A DNA stretch of 64,000 nt, taken from Mizuhopecten yessoensis (lineage: Eukaryota). Within the stretch, counting starts at the first letter, position 1. The number at the start of each line of letters is the position of its first letter. The translations under genes were made by a program, and so were the position numbers. Shown in pieces: positions 37,922-52,990 of the stretch. The notes below the pieces were generated by a model. It ran no database searches. It was given only the letters and a program-made list of their open reading frames with translations, and was not told the DNA's origin. The stretch is taken from assembly GCF_002113885.1 (NCBI RefSeq), contig NW_018407191.1:458744-522743 (forward strand), read 5' to 3'.

Positions 37922-40900
37922 CTGTAAAGCAATTTCACGATCGCTGCTTACCATTGAGATGTTTTTAGATGGAGTCGACGTTATATTATTCTATTTGGTA
38001 AATCAGGCAATTTTGATAGATTATCATCACGTTAACAACTATTTCATCGCTCTGCCAGAGTGTTTTGGACAGATATTCATAAAATCAAAACTCTACTTTT
38101 AAAGTCAACCAATTACAACCATTTAAATAATGTATTTGCAATATATTTCATTTACATGATATCCCGTGAAATACTGAAAGCGTATTTGTTTTACATTGTA
38201 GCGCACTCAATTTTTCTCAGGAAGAAGAGGGTAAGACGGACAAGCGGACTCTTCAATTTGCGGATTCGCAGTACCCAAGTTAAGGAATTAACGCAAATGT
38301 CTTTTTCTGTGATATATTATAACATATACTTGCTGAACATCGGGTATTAGGGCGTCCAACTTACAGAATGACTAGCCAATTAAATGGTGTGAGCACCTTA
38401 AAACAAATTAAAGCTTTTCTTTCATGTTTGTATGTTAATGAATTGCTCTCCCGTGAAATTTTGCATTTCATGGTGTGGGTAGGCTGAGTCATATGGTCTC
38501 ATTTCAGCGGTGGAAATGAAATAGAGGACGAAACAAAACGCGGAAGTTGCTAAAAAATAAAATACCGCTAATTATGATAACTTAGCAAAAATAATTCTGC
38601 AACTATCAGAAATACGTTAAAATATCTTAGAAACACACAAAAAGTTCCTCAATGACGGAATAAAAGAAATACACAATCGGAGATTTTTTTTTCTAAATTT
38701 GAAAAATAGTCAGTAAACATGCTGTTGTTTACAGTATATAGTTGGAACACACTTCATACATATAAAATAATAAATAGACATTTATACTTTGTTTTACTTT
38801 TTGAATTTTCACATAGGTGCTCACTTGCTTACTGCCTTAACGTGTGATTTCTTAAACGAAACACTGCTTAAGAATATCCTTTTACAAATAGATTCTTTAG
38901 AAAATATTCAACGTATTATCAGTTAAATATCAGTTAATAGTTATTCATGGTTTTCTTTCGAAACACATTTCCGTTGACTCGAGAATAATGCAGAAAGAGC
39001 GTGCGGATTTTACACATCATCAACTCCAACTCATGAACATCTATTAAATGAAATCTACCACGTTAAAAACACCTTAACTGTTTGCATGTTTTTCCCTATT
39101 GTGGTATATTTCTGCCACCTGTTAATATCTCCAAAAAAATCTCGCTAGACGACTTGTCATGATATTTTAATCAATTAATCGTGATCATTATCATGATAGC
39201 GAGATAAATCTGCCGACATAATTATGTCGACTCAAAATAACTGGTGTCAGGAATATGCCACCATAGATTCTCAGAAGAAACTGAAATAGTTTTTTCATTT
39301 TGTATGATTTTTCGAAGGCGGAGGTTTACTTTACAGAGAAAAGTTAAATTGCATCATATACCAATTGAAAACCTAGTGTATTCATGCTAGTTCAGATATT
39401 TAGTGTAAACAATGTTACAGAACTATACAAAACGGGAAATATGTTAATTTGGCATTCAGGATAAGAAAAAAATTAAACTGATGAGCCAATTATGACACTG
39501 TTTCATTGAAGCATGTAAACACTCCATTATGATTCACTCTCCGTTTGTTTATATATATTGTACATAGTTATGGGGAAAGTTGCCTATAGTATCTTATATA
39601 ATTTTACGAAAGGGTAACAAGTAGAAATTAAGAATACACAATACTTCATATAACATTGAATTTAAATTCGTATGTTTCATAATTTGCTTTTAAACAAAAT
39701 ATGCACTAAAATGCAGTTTGAAATGTGTTCCGTCTATGAGACGTGAGGTACGTACGTATGCGTCGTAGCAACTAAGCATAACAAAATCACGTAAGCATTT
39801 CTCCCTGTATTACTAACCGGTATATGTAAACGGAAAAACAATAAAAACAATGTTTACATCGTGCTGAACAAAAAACACCCAACAACAACAAAATAAAAAA
39901 CTGTAGCCCTTGCATGGTTACAAAAAAGCAGACGATACACTTTTGAATAATAAATGATCTATTAGTTGTACCCCATTAACCCATAGGAAAATATATGCTA
40001 TATTGAATTGATAATTAAATAAGGTGATTTTCGATAGCATAACATACCACAATGGGATTCCTATCGTGCGATGGTACATATGCTAGGGTTTAATAATTAA
40101 ATTTTAATTTCAACTTTGACGTCGTTATCGGCCCCGTCTGAGGAAGCACAGTCTGGCTTAACTGTGGTTCACTTTTTTGCCGTGTCTCACCTCCTTTGAT
40201 CGCTACACCTTGTCAGATACGCATACCTTTCTCTTCAGTAAATAATTCAAACAACAAGATTTGATAAAGGTGATTGAGCGCTGGTAAAATAATTGAATTA
40301 TTCGATGGATGGGTAGTTAAACTTTGAATACAGTTGAAAACATCCAGAATTCCACCATCCCATCGTTGTATATATATACATTATGAATAAGGTAATGTTT
40401 TGACCCAGTGGACCATGCTCAACTTACAAGATACTTGATGTTTAGTGTTGAATTAAAACAAATTGGGGTATGACCTTGTAGTACTAACTATTTATTGTGT
40501 GTGAAAAATAATAAACCACAATTCCAGAGTAGACTTTTTCATTTCAAATATATTTTATTGATTAAACAAAAGGATACAGCAACAGGCTTTGCCTATATAA
40601 GCTCTCTCCATGGCTTCCAGCATACTTTTGATATTTGAAGGCATTGAATACAATATTTACATACATACATTTTATTTCAACTCATCTCATGAAACATGGA
40701 TACATTTATTGCTAGGTAATATACTTTTAATTAGGCTGGCTTAATATTTTCATGTTTCTACAGAAAAAAAAAAAAGAAAAAAAATCCTTGGAGAAAAAGA
40801 AAAAAAAATATTTTGCGATATAAATGTTTAATATAGTTGTAAAATTTGTGTCAAGAAGAATTAAATATACCGTTATGAATTTACACAGTATTCAAATCGA

Positions 40901-41195
40901 ATTAAATATATGGATTACGTCTTGACCTTAAGCAACTTAAATTTGCTACGGCAACATGAAATAAAGCAAAACTGATACATGCATGAGTAGACTTTCGGTT
41001 GGCTACTACCTAAATCAAAATACAAATGATTTGTATACATGTAGAAGTAAGCCCCCTAAATTTTGTTTAATCGCCCTTATCTAATAGTTGAAAATTAAAT
41101 GTTTACCATTTATTTGTGTTAAATTGAATTCACCAACTCCAAATACCATTCCTAAACTAAATTTCAGAGGGACCTCTTCTAGCAAGGAGATTCCA

Positions 41196-41600
41196 GTCAC
41201 AGCTAGTTTGGTAGTATACATTCTTAAGTCTCCATGTCACAGCTAGTGAGGTAGTCTACATCATTAAGTCTCCATGGTACAGCTAGTGAGGTAGCATACA
41301 TCCTTCAGTCTACATGGCACAGCTAGTGAGGTAGCATACCTCTTTAAGTCTCCATGTCATAACTAATAAGGTAGCATACATCAATAAGTCTCCATGTCAC
41401 AGCTAGTGAGGTAGCCTACATCATTTAGTCTCTATGTCACAGCTAATAAGGTAGCCTACATCATTTAGTCTCTATGTTACAGCTAATAAGGTAGCATACA
41501 TCAATAAGTATTCATGTCACAGCTAGTGAGGAAGTATACATCCTTAGGTCCCAATGGCACAGCTAGTGAGGTAGTATATATCCTTAAGTCTTCATGTCAC
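41196..41600 (+). repeat. 40-bp minisatellite, 10 copies
   Basis: Consensus close to GTCACAGCTAGTGAGGTAGCATACATCATTAAGTCTCCAT, with exact 40-bp period. Confidence 0.95.
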
Positions 41601-42527
41601 GGTAAGGTATCATTTTAGTTTGGAAAGAGAATTAGTCTAAAATGTATATCTTTTACTATTCTACAGTTCTTAAAACAGCAATTTGTCATTTGTTCTTTTA
41701 ATAGGAGAGAACGTCATAATCAAGAAAAAATATAGGTTTCTCCTCTTGTTGTTTAAAATGTTTACAATGCTGCACGTCATGTATAAGGTTAAAATGACGA
41801 AATTTATGTTTCATTCGTTCCGAAATTTATGCGAAAAAATATACAACACGCACTAATTCTTGTAAATGATTTTTTGATTAATCATGTGTTGTAACAGCTG
41901 AAATAAGCATTCAATATTCATTTGTATTAAACAATTATTGCATTCTTAAACAACAATAATGAAAAAATAAACATTTAAAAAAAGTTATACTTAAAAACAA
42001 AGGAAGATGTACCCACTATACCGAAATTCAAATGAGGCTGCGAAAAACCTCCATAGAAAAGCACTTTTGAATTTTGTTTTATTATTACAAAACTATATAT
42101 CAAAAACTATCTTTAGGTAGTTATAATTATTGTAATATGAACGCAAGACACACCCATGTGATTGTACATATACAAATTGGTTTTTGATACAGCATGCAGA
42201 AGAACCATACAGCAGTATTTGTCGTCCTTCTATGGGGCACCGGTGATGCTATGGGAAAAAAGGTAGAAATCCCAATTGGTCTAAAGTTATCTTGGAAACA
42301 GAAGAGGAGGTACGTACAACGACTTAATTTTATGAATTTCAAAAAATAAGAGGAACCTCTCATGAATATGCAGTATGGATGCTGCTGATTGAGTAGTAGT
42401 GGTCAATGGTCGCAATTGTACGTTATTGATTGGGTTATCTGTAAAAAAAGATCTGCAGGCTGAATTACAAAAGTGTACCGCGATACAGAAACGAAGTATA
42501 AATGTTTCGTTTGTCTACCATACAAAG

Positions 42528-42722
42528 GACCACGCGTAGACATGGATGTGTGGACCAAAGCTGCTGTGACAGCCTATCCGCATCTGAGGTGCAGGCCGAC
42601 CTTGGGGCGTGACCTGGACGGGCCTATGGGACTCTTTGAATCTAAGAAGGTCTGCTAAGCGGCAACTTACCCCCTCCTGTCAGCCGATCACAGACTACCG
42701 TCAGAGAAAGAACCAACCAACC
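42528..42722 (+). mobile_element. Probable SINE/LINE 3' fragment ending in (AACC)n
   Basis: GC-rich island in AT-rich context ending AACCAACCAACC; family not identified. Confidence 0.35.
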
Positions 42723-44328
42723 ATACACAAGTGTATCGTGGTATATACCAAAAGTATCATCTTGAAATGCAAAGGCAACGTTTTTAATAAGATGTGAAAA
42801 GATCATCGTCGTATACAATAGGTTTTGTGCTGAAGCCGATTTTATTCAAAACCTATAAGTTAAAGAAATGGTAATGTTCACTTGAAATATATATTTCGAA
42901 AACAACGATAATTTTAAATTATTCTGCTAGCCACTATTTTTGTATTTTATCAAATAAACGTAAATCAGAGTGAAGCAGCATTGACATTTTGAGACAACAT
43001 GAATGACCTTTACCAAGTTCTGTTCTACCATTGCGCTTATTAGTTTCCTTTAAACAAATATACACTTAGAAATTGATGTTTAAAACGAATATGCCTCAAA
43101 GCATCGTATATAAGTTTGTAAAACGACGTAAATGTATGAATCGATAATAATGAAATAAGATCATTATAGTATGCATTTCTTACCTAGCTAAGGTACAGAA
43201 AAGAGTCGATCGTGAGGGACTGTAACAGCGAAACCAATTTTAGATATCTATGACGCATTACCATCGCGAATATTAATGACACTTAGTTCTTTTTTACGGA
43301 GAATGTAGAAACTATAAAGCAATATATATACCGATTCCGAAATGTTGTTGATGTTATCGACAGGATAAGGGGTGCATTTAACTCCCGGATGGCATCGTCC
43401 TTGCAGAGCACGCTTATGCTATCCCATAGATTAATGCTCTCCTTAATATGCTCCCAAAACGAAGTTTGGGGGCTAATTGGGTTCACCCCGTTTATGGCTT
43501 CTCATTGGCTCAAATATGAACGTTATCACGTGACATACGTGTGCAACTCAGCACATGCGAACCACCTGACAGAACGCAGACTAACATAACAAACAAGACC
43601 ACAGTGTAAACGGATACGATACACTACTTTTTACATTGACATTTCTAAGAAACTCACGCACGCACACTTGTTTCATATGTTACCGGTAGGAACGAACTTC
43701 ATGTCATCATGCATGCCTTTACATGGTAGGATTGTTTCGAACCAATGCTTATGATATAGTCAGGATTTTATTTCAATAATTTGGGAGACTTCAGGCACCA
43801 AGTTATCTAGAACATACCAACATGAAATGTTCTTAAAATGAATGTTTAACCATTTAAAAATAGTGTTTAATAGAGAAATAAAAAAGAAATGTAAGAAGAA
43901 ACTTGTATGCAATGGTTTTAAGTGGTTTTTAAAACATTCCAATGGTCTATGTCATGACGCCTACTTACTTACATTCATCAGAAACAGAAGTCCTGACAAC
44001 TGCCATTTGTACCTCTTTTGGTTGAACTTTTTGTTTTTTAAGAACGCGGGAAGATTTCGCAACACCCGTATTTGCCCAGATTAAAATTTGAACCATGGCA
44101 AGATCATTCATTAACCTCTGGCTCTTTAATTGTAGGTTTTTATATGCTTCCAAATTTTGAATGAAATACAAAAAAAAACACGTCTTAAAGATAAAGGAGC
44201 TGAGAATAATCTTAGGCATTTTCAAAATCTGGCGAGGAACTGTTTAAGTTCTGTATGCACAATAACCTATGTTGATTTTGGACCAATGGGCGTGACCCCT
44301 TTAATGCCCTATCATACAGATATGCTAC

Positions 44329-44842
44329 AATATGATACAAACAAATTAGAAATACAACCAATATGATAAAAACAAATCAGAAATACAAGCAATCTGGTAC
44401 AAACAGATCAATAATACAAGAAAAATAATACACACAAATCAGAAATACTAGCACTATGTTACAAACTAATAAGAAATACAAGCAATCTGATACTAACAAA
44501 TCATAAATACAACCAATATGATACTATCAAATCGGAAATGCAAGTAGTCTGACACAAACAAATCGGAAATACAAGCAATATGATACTAACAAATCGGAAA
44601 TACAAGTATTCTGATACAAACAAATGTGAAAAACAAGCAATATGATACAATCAAATCAGAAGTACAACCAATATGAAACTTACAAATCGGAAATGCAAGT
44701 AATCTGATACAAACAAATCGGAAAAAAGCAATATGAGGCAAACAAATCAGAAATACAAGCAATATGATACAAACAAATGGTAAATACAAGCAGAATGAAG
44801 CAAACAAATGGGAAATACAACCTATATGATACAAACAAATCA
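44329..44842 (+). repeat. About 31-bp minisatellite, about 16 copies
   Basis: Consensus close to AATATGATACAAACAAATCGGAAATACAAGC. Confidence 0.95.
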
Positions 44843-46799
44843 AAAATATATCTGACGTCTATCCCTATATATATGGAAAGTCAATTGAAAGACGTAAGAC
44901 TTAAGGAAACGTTTATAAAAGCCCTTTATCATAGTAGATTGTTTTGATTGTTGACCACTATTTGTAGCCCATTTATAGTTCCAGGATCCAATATAAACAA
45001 AATCAGAAGTAAAGAATTCGGCTGTATTACAATATACTTGAAGTACCATCACTACGAAAACTTAAGGACTTGGAATAAAACTGTAAAATCCGAGTAAAAA
45101 TTGTACCCAGGTTGCCCTAGTTCTGTTCATTACAGTTTAAATAGTTGATGGAAATACATGTAGTTGATACAGAACAGACCCATATATTATGTAACTCCAG
45201 GGAGCCCATATCAAATCACACCTTTGCCACAACATATTTCAAAGAAAAAATAACTAATTATCATCATAATAGATCTGATTTTCATTACGTTACAAAAAGA
45301 TATGATCTTTTATATGACCGATATTCTTTGTTATATGTATGGCCCAGTTTATATTAAATATGAGACGCCTTTTAACTGTCCCACCATCCGTGAAGTCGTG
45401 TATATACAGCTGTTTACATATCTATGAAAGCAGATTATTTGACCCAGAAAACACATTTGTTACACATGAAAGCAATACATTTCTATTTCGCAATAGTGGC
45501 GTGCATTAGGCACATTACCAGTTGTATATTGAATGGGCTACACGACTGGAATTAAGATTAGGAAAACTATTCTTGCCGAACATCAACAACTTTTTGCCAG
45601 CGATGTATGCACAACATTTGTAGTAAGTTGATGAAAACTTGTAAAGTAAAAATTGCCAGAAAAATTGACACAGTACCTAAGTCAAAGCTCACCTTTGACC
45701 TCTCAATAACCAGAAGCAAACAATTTACGTTAGCCAACATCGATCCAACTAATATGAGCAGTATTTTATAAATGCTTAAAAGAAAGAGCTATGGTGGGTT
45801 GCTATGCCTATTTCCCAAAAGTTATGACCCGCTAGTGCGCGCGTCCAACCGTGCACTGTTATGACATGTCCTCGGGTATTTGTACACAGGTAGCTCTATC
45901 GGAATCCCGTGTCTAAGAATAGACTAGTGTAAACAGATGGAGTTAAGGCCATGGCTATTGATACATGCTTTTCACGATAAAGACTCAACAAAATGCTTAT
46001 TTTGCCAGATGTTGTATGAAAAACAAGATCGTACAATTATTACCAACTTTGAAAGGATCTTATTATTATTACTACTGCATATGTCATGCCGTTATCTGTT
46101 TTCTTAAAAAAACACACACCTTGTTTTCGTTCTTCCTTCATCTTGGAATGTTAAATTACATATTCACTTTTCGAATATCATGCCTTACACGTGTATTGCG
46201 CTCCTTACTTTGTGCTGCAGCCTTCCTGCATTTACAACAAATGAAACTGTTCTCGACAATGAATTTTCTCGTATTTTCGGTAATACATTTGCGATAATAT
46301 TAGTTCATTTTCTTTTCTTTGCCTTTTTTTATTCCGACGCTCTAATCCTACATTTTTTGTGTATTTCGGAATTATTTGTTTGTGTTTAAAAGATTTGTGT
46401 TCAAAGATTTGAGAAACTTAATAAACCCTGTTTTTTATTATTTAGAGCACTTTCCCAAAGGGGGACCACTTTTCCGTCATACGATTTGTTTTTGCATATT
46501 ACATCACGGAATCAAAAAGTGTATTCAAAAGTTGGTTCTCGGATGGGAAAGTATTGAAATTTTTGTTTAAGTCTGGAAACCCCGCCCTTTTCATAGATAT
46601 AGCGAATATGGCTATATTTGCAGTATTATATTAACGATACCGAATATCTTAACAGTTCAAAAAATCATATTCAATTGGTTTTATATCTCTTTCATACATT
46701 TTTGCTATTTAACGTTATTTACTTGTTGAATGCAGGGGTCATGGTTGTGATCTTTGAACGATAACCACACTTTATGAGGGCCACAACATCATTATTGCG

Positions 46800-46960
46800 T
46801 TTGTTTGTTTGTTTTTGACGTGTTTTAAGGACGTGTCAGGTTTTGGTGTTGGAGGAAAGCCGGAGTACCCGGAGAAAAAACAATCGACCTGCGGACCTTT
46901 GCAACTGCCTCACGAAGGCCTCGAACCCGCGACGCCTTAACCACTCGGCCGACGCGGCCC
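46800..46960 (-). mobile_element. tRNA-derived V-domain SINE (family of 6955-7177), internally deleted
   Basis: Plus strand GGAGGAAAGCCGGAGTACCCGGAGAAAA..TCGAACCCGC..TTAACCACTCGGCC, with a (TTTG)n tail. Confidence 0.75.
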
Positions 46961-49900
46961 CAAATTATTTTGATTATTTTGTATCAAATAAGGTAAAAAT
47001 CTGGTAAGGATCAAGAATTTTTATTTTATTCTCTTTATTTATTTTAACATAATATTTATGAACATTGGCGTTGGAAAATTTAAAAGAGAAACTGTTTTAT
47101 TCAGTTCCTATTATAGCCCTTGATAAGTTTTCGTCCTTGGCGAAGCCCTAGCGAAATGGAGAGTGTTTATACTTACAATGGTAATTTGAAAATTAAACCA
47201 AAGACTGAAAAGATGTTTTCACTGATTTAAAGAAAATTAATTTCAAAGTCTATAACATGGCAAGGAATGCGCCATAGATATTAGCTTATTTATCACATCA
47301 TGTTTGATTTTGATCGAGTTAACTAACAAAATCGGTTTATATACTTGTATTTACATCGGGTTGCGGGCAACTTATTAGATATCAACATATTTGGTGGGAA
47401 TCTAGGAAATCCTATTGTTTTTAACAGATTTGTCAGCATTGATAGATGTCTGCAATAAAATACATGTGGGTTGGAATTAAATTAAGATAAAAATCACAAA
47501 CAAATATTGTTTTACAAAGACTTTCGGTATGTTTAAGCAGAAATTAAATAATTCTTCATAACCAGCCTTTTACATATTTTGGTAATCTAATGAGCTGCAG
47601 AAATAATCTGAAAAGTTTATTGTGGTTTAACTAAATGAAGCATGCCATTAGGGACACTTTCTGAGTCTGACACTTTTATATTATCATATCACGATATAAA
47701 ATGTCTTGTACTGGTTGTATTTCTTTAAAGTTCACAATTTCTTTGATACTGGGTTTAACAACCAGAACGAAATAATTATCTTTATAGTGAAGGTTTGCTT
47801 CACATCAGAGGAAATGTATTTACTTTAGAAGACAGTATTCGCCTTAGCGTCTCTATTGACATAATAAATGACACACATTTGATGAAAATAATGTCTGCAT
47901 AGTCTAGTGATTTTATTCAACCTTGTATTTCCCATTATTATTATCTAAAGTATGCCTTTCATGCTACGTGGTTTAAGTATGATATCAATCTTCATTGCCT
48001 TTGAAAATGTTTTTGTTTAAGTAGAAGTAGATACTCATGTAGATATGGCTGATGGATCAAACAGTGCGTCAGCGGATCTTCATGCAAATAAAAGTTGGAT
48101 AATGATATGATGTGCATTGTAAGCATTTTGATGTCAGTTTTCAATCTGTACGTACATAAAATAACATTAGTGTAACCGACACGACAAATTGATGACGTCG
48201 TTCAATTGTGGATACACAAAAATATGTTACTATAGTGTTAGCGTGATACATCATGTCTGGTTTTGAATGCATCATCCGTCCACGTGATTATATCTAAGGC
48301 AATTTGATTAGTTATCAGCAAGGCCAAGACAAACGGTCATGGAAAATACGAATATCTATGGTTACTGATTTGCCAGTGTCTCTTGTGTTCTCATGGAATT
48401 CTTGCAAGGTGAAAGCAATTTTTGTCAGTAGGAAAACAACCACAGCCCAAAGAAGTGATCTTCTTTCCGATTATTGAAAAGGAAAGAAGAAAATCAGCAA
48501 AACAGCAAATAAATAAAATAAATAAAATAAAAATCGAAACAAACATGACAACACATATTAACGATGAATGTAACACACACAGGTGACTGTGCCTTTCAAA
48601 ATTGATACTATACACAGTATGACATATAAACTAATTACACTGCACCATACAGCTGTTTCTATAGCTCATCGGACAATTAGAACAAAACACTTCATCTTCA
48701 ATATCAATTCGTCTGGCGGAATATTTTTTCTTAAACTACAACAATCAACCTCTTTGGATGCAAATAAACACCCTGTCGAATTGTGTGCGACGAGGTATGT
48801 CGCCGAGACCGTACAAGATGCAGCTATATTGACGGTTAACAAAACAGGGTTGATTTATTTGACATTTAATAGCATTTGCATAACACACTTTTTCGTATAG
48901 ACACGCAAGGATGCAAATATATAGGTTGTTATTTTCAGTCATCAAACAACTGCGTCATTATGTGTTATATTTAGTTTAAAAAAAGAAATATATCATAGTA
49001 AAGATACTGTTCAGTTTGTCTGTCTGACGGTTATTTCTGCGATTCTCATGAATCTGCTTATATGTAACAATGGTAGATACAGATCGTGTAATTTTATCAG
49101 CTGACTTTGACATAAAAGGTATTTTTGTTTCAGCAATAATACTAGCCAGGTTAAGTTCAAAAACGTGTCCCACTGATCAATAATTTATGTGTCAGTAGTC
49201 GCGTTACCTATCATAGCGAAGTGAGCTTCATAGGTAACACGTTCAGGTAAAAGAAACCCCAGTCAAAACCAACCATGAAATCTCATAGATCTAGCAAGTC
49301 AATTCACTTGCGTAACTTGGGAAATTAAGTCTTATTATATAATTAGCTAAACGACAAGCAATATTATAATCTAGTATTATTCAAAATATTGAAATTCTAA
49401 ACCAAATCTGACTGTATCACAACTTAAAAATGAATATCTAGTGATAATATTAAGCACAAAAATATTTGTAAATTTTGACACAGTTTTAGAAAAACTAATT
49501 TTGAGTATTTGCGTCATTAAACTAATCATGCTATGAGCATGTATATTCCATTAAATTATATATTATACCAGTGGCTTTCAATACAAAATTGAACCTCTGT
49601 GTGCGATGCGATATTAACTTGAAATATAAATGCTTTCTCTAAAAAAATAATCAGGTGGTTACACTATTTAATTCAATAAATTAAAATGTATACAGTATAA
49701 TTGTTTTACATGTAAAGCGAGTATCAATTAGATATGCGCAATATGTTGCCATACAAAAATCAAAGTACTTAAAAGAACTTTGGAAATAACACGAACTATA
49801 AAGATGATTTTTTTTTTATTTACATAAGCATATGTAAATGACTTAATTAATATCTATATAACAGTCATTCTGGATTGATCGTATTCGAACTCCGACCGTT

Positions 49901-50779
49901 AAATCTTTGCAACATTTCTTTGAAGTTTCGTTCAAAGTTTGGATACGATCAATCCGGAATTGCTGTATCAACAGCTGGTCATAATATTATGTTAAAAAGG
50001 GCGATAATAACAGATATGCCACATGTGTTTCAACTATTAGCTTACAGTAGTCCTATCACAGACAGTAATTCTCCTACACAAAGGAAAACACTTTTTTCAC
50101 TGCCAGCTTCAACATATGTCATTTGATACCGAGATGAAATGATCGCCGTTTGGACGCTTTTAATTTAGTGCTAACGGATTTGCGAAAAGCATCTTTCGTT
50201 ATTTCAATTGATCTAAAATGTCTGCAAAACATTCGAGTAAATCTTTACCCGACAATATTAGAAGTTGTTCTAGGAGAGATCGATACGAACCAGAATAATA
50301 TGTCAAAAGACTGCACTTAGTTTTGCCAAAACAACGCACTTATGTTGATGTATAAAGAATGCTGTTTATTTAGCTTCAGATAAAACGCATATTACTTTTT
50401 TGTTATTGATTGCTTGTTAAGTCACCTGAGACAATGTTTTAGTTTTCCTTGATTGGTAACGAGTATGGGTCTCCCTGGGTATACAAAGCGCATTACCCGT
50501 CAAACCGGTTATCATTTGTTACTAAATGTATGTGCGCAAGTTGACACTACTATACTATAGATATATATAAATACATTATAACACTTTCACGATTTTTTAC
50601 TAACATTTTGTATCAGGTCAGATGAATAAAATTAAAATAGAACACGTCAAAGATAGATCTCAAAACCAGAAAAAAAAAGTTTGATTTTTTTTTTTTTAAA
50701 TCCCAATTGAAGGCTTTTTAACTTGTACTGTCGCCCTAAACTTCATCTTTTACAACAATTGTTAAGCAACCTTGCTGGC

Positions 50780-50935
50780 CTGATTTATTGGTGTTAAAAT
50801 TTTGGAGATAACTGGAGAACCCCGAAACCCCTAAGTAGTCGGGCAGGTGACCCCATACATTTTCACGTCCGAATGGAGAATCAAGCCCTGCCGCCTTCTT
50901 TGTGAAAAGCGAGTGGGTTATCGAATGTTCACCCG
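50780..50935 (-). mobile_element. Decayed V-domain SINE
   Basis: GTCGGGCAGGTGACCCCATAC..TTTTCACGTCCG is shared with 37685-37921. Confidence 0.7.
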
Positions 50936-52371
50936 ACAATAATTTTAGAGGGGGAAAATGTCAATGTCATTTTCTACAAAAACAATCAATCTTAATCACA
51001 TATTGTGATGCATTTACAGAAGTTATTCGAAATTTCATTTTTTCAACCTATAAAAAAATATTTGTGTTTTCATTTTTACTTAATCAGGAACACATGACCA
51101 GGGATTAAAGTGACGCTGTCTTTTTGCTGTGAAAACATTTACATTAAATGTATGAAGTTGTTTTAGTGACGCTGAACACCAGCTGGAACACATCAGTATT
51201 GCAATGGGGAAAACTGTACACCTCTTTCAGCTAATCTGTTTTGGAATCTTAATTCAGAAAAAAAGATACATGTATACTGCTATTAGTATAGGAATTGCAA
51301 CATCTTCTGGAGGATTTCTTCCCTTTTTATCAGCCAGTGCTTGAAATTAAATAAATTTCAGACTCGTCCTCATCTCCGTTTATCAATGCATGGCCTATGA
51401 AAAACATGTAACTTTAAGCGACCCTCTCCCCCGACTTTTATGCCAACACATAGTTTGTGGACAAGTTTGTTAGATCACTATTTTCTTAATGACTACGGAA
51501 TAATGCTCATGGGCAACGTGTTATCTGTTCGTGAATGTGTTTTAAGTTCACACCTTTTTGCAGTGACATAAAGAAAGAAACAGAAAAAATAGTGTTTTTT
51601 AAGAACGAAAACAGAAGGAATCGAGAAAAGCATATACTTTAAAAATGAAAAAGAAAACCGTCCGAATTACCTTTTTGGTGAAGTGTCTGCTATATCTTTG
51701 TTTTGACAAAATGTCCCATGTATAGACGTAGAAAATAAAAAAAAACACATGAAGGTCACCTTGTCGTGCCTGTTTTTACAGAAAATTATATCTGTTTTGT
51801 TAATATAATCAATATCAGTTGTCACGCATTACGAATAAACGTGAATATCACACAAAAACATTAAGGTATTGATGTCTTTTTAACTTGATCTCAATGTCCC
51901 ATCTCCATCTGACTTTATCTGTTGCGAGGACGTTAAACCCCAAAAAACAAAAATATTTCTGAATGGCTTGTTAAAGAAAACTATATCTGTAATATCATAT
52001 GAGTGCAAATTTTCTTCTGATCATTGATGCATGGCTGCGTAGATAAATGCCCTCTTCTTTTGGTTCAGAAGAAAACCCAGGTTAAAGTCATTATCCGACT
52101 GAAACCAGAGTGGTCCTTTGCTTATAACACCCGCCATGGTTCGTAGCCATATCCGATTTGTTAAATTATCATGTAAGATAGCATGATAAACACATGGTCA
52201 CCACGTTTTGAAGCATTCTTTTTAACACATGCCTGTTTCCGAAAAAAACGCCTCTACAATTCATCTTGTAATAGGTAGTGTTCTTTCCCTTCTTTATTTC
52301 TATGAATTATATTTATACACGTTTGTTTCCCCTGGTCGCTGCACTTTTCCGTGGTTGGGGGTTGAGTATCT

Positions 52372-52581
52372 CAACCTATCAATGTCATGGTTAGAACATG
52401 GGAAACCCCAACCTATCAATGTCATGGCTAGAACATGGGAAACCCCAACCTATCAATATCATGTCTAAAACATGGGAAACCTCAACCTATCATTACAACA
52501 TGGGAAACCTCAACCTATCAATGTCATGATTAGAACATGGGAAACCTCAACCTATCAATGTCATGGTTAGAACATATGAAA
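52372..52581 (+). repeat. 37-bp minisatellite, about 6 copies (one shortened), upstream of the ODC-like gene
   Basis: Unit CAACCTATCAATGTCATGGTTAGAACATGGGAAACC(C/T). Confidence 0.92.
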
Positions 52582-52644
52582 CGCATTCGCAGTATTAGTG
52601 TAACAGGCAATGCCTGTCTCTTGCTAGACACGTTTAAATGGAGT

Positions 52645-52785
52645 CATTTGATTGGTCGAAGACTTTCTGGATAATCGAAACTGTATTAATACCAAATTGC
52701 CACAGACTGCAACGCACTTACAAGGAATTCATCGTCTGACTGAATTGGTGGAGAAATCCATCGGACGAGAATAACACTGACTAAG
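52645..52785 (+). promoter_or_regulatory. Candidate promoter and first non-coding exon of the ODC-like gene
   Basis: Reverse CCAAT (ATTGG 52651-52655), TATA-like TATTAAT at ~52685, and consensus donor AAG|GTGAGT at 52785/52786. The TSS cannot be determined. Confidence 0.5.
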
Positions 52786-52990
52786 GTGAGTTGTTCTTAA
52801 AAGTTATTTTTATTGGAATGAAAATATCCACATTATGCAGCAGGAAGAACCAACGTATTTCCAAGTTTGTGTTACATTTTACCAATATTACTTTAGACAA
52901 CTAGTTTCTAGAATAATAACGTTATCTTAGTATCACGAATAGCATTATAGTACAAAATATTAATAATCTTAGGATTTTTTGTTATTTCAG

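Noticed and set aside
41196-44842. Tandem arrays (40-bp and 31-bp) as CRISPR
   Set aside because: Head-to-tail repeats with no unique spacers, no cas genes, and a eukaryotic context.
44586-44843. Cys/Phe-rich 85-aa ORF
   Set aside because: Translation of the 31-bp minisatellite.
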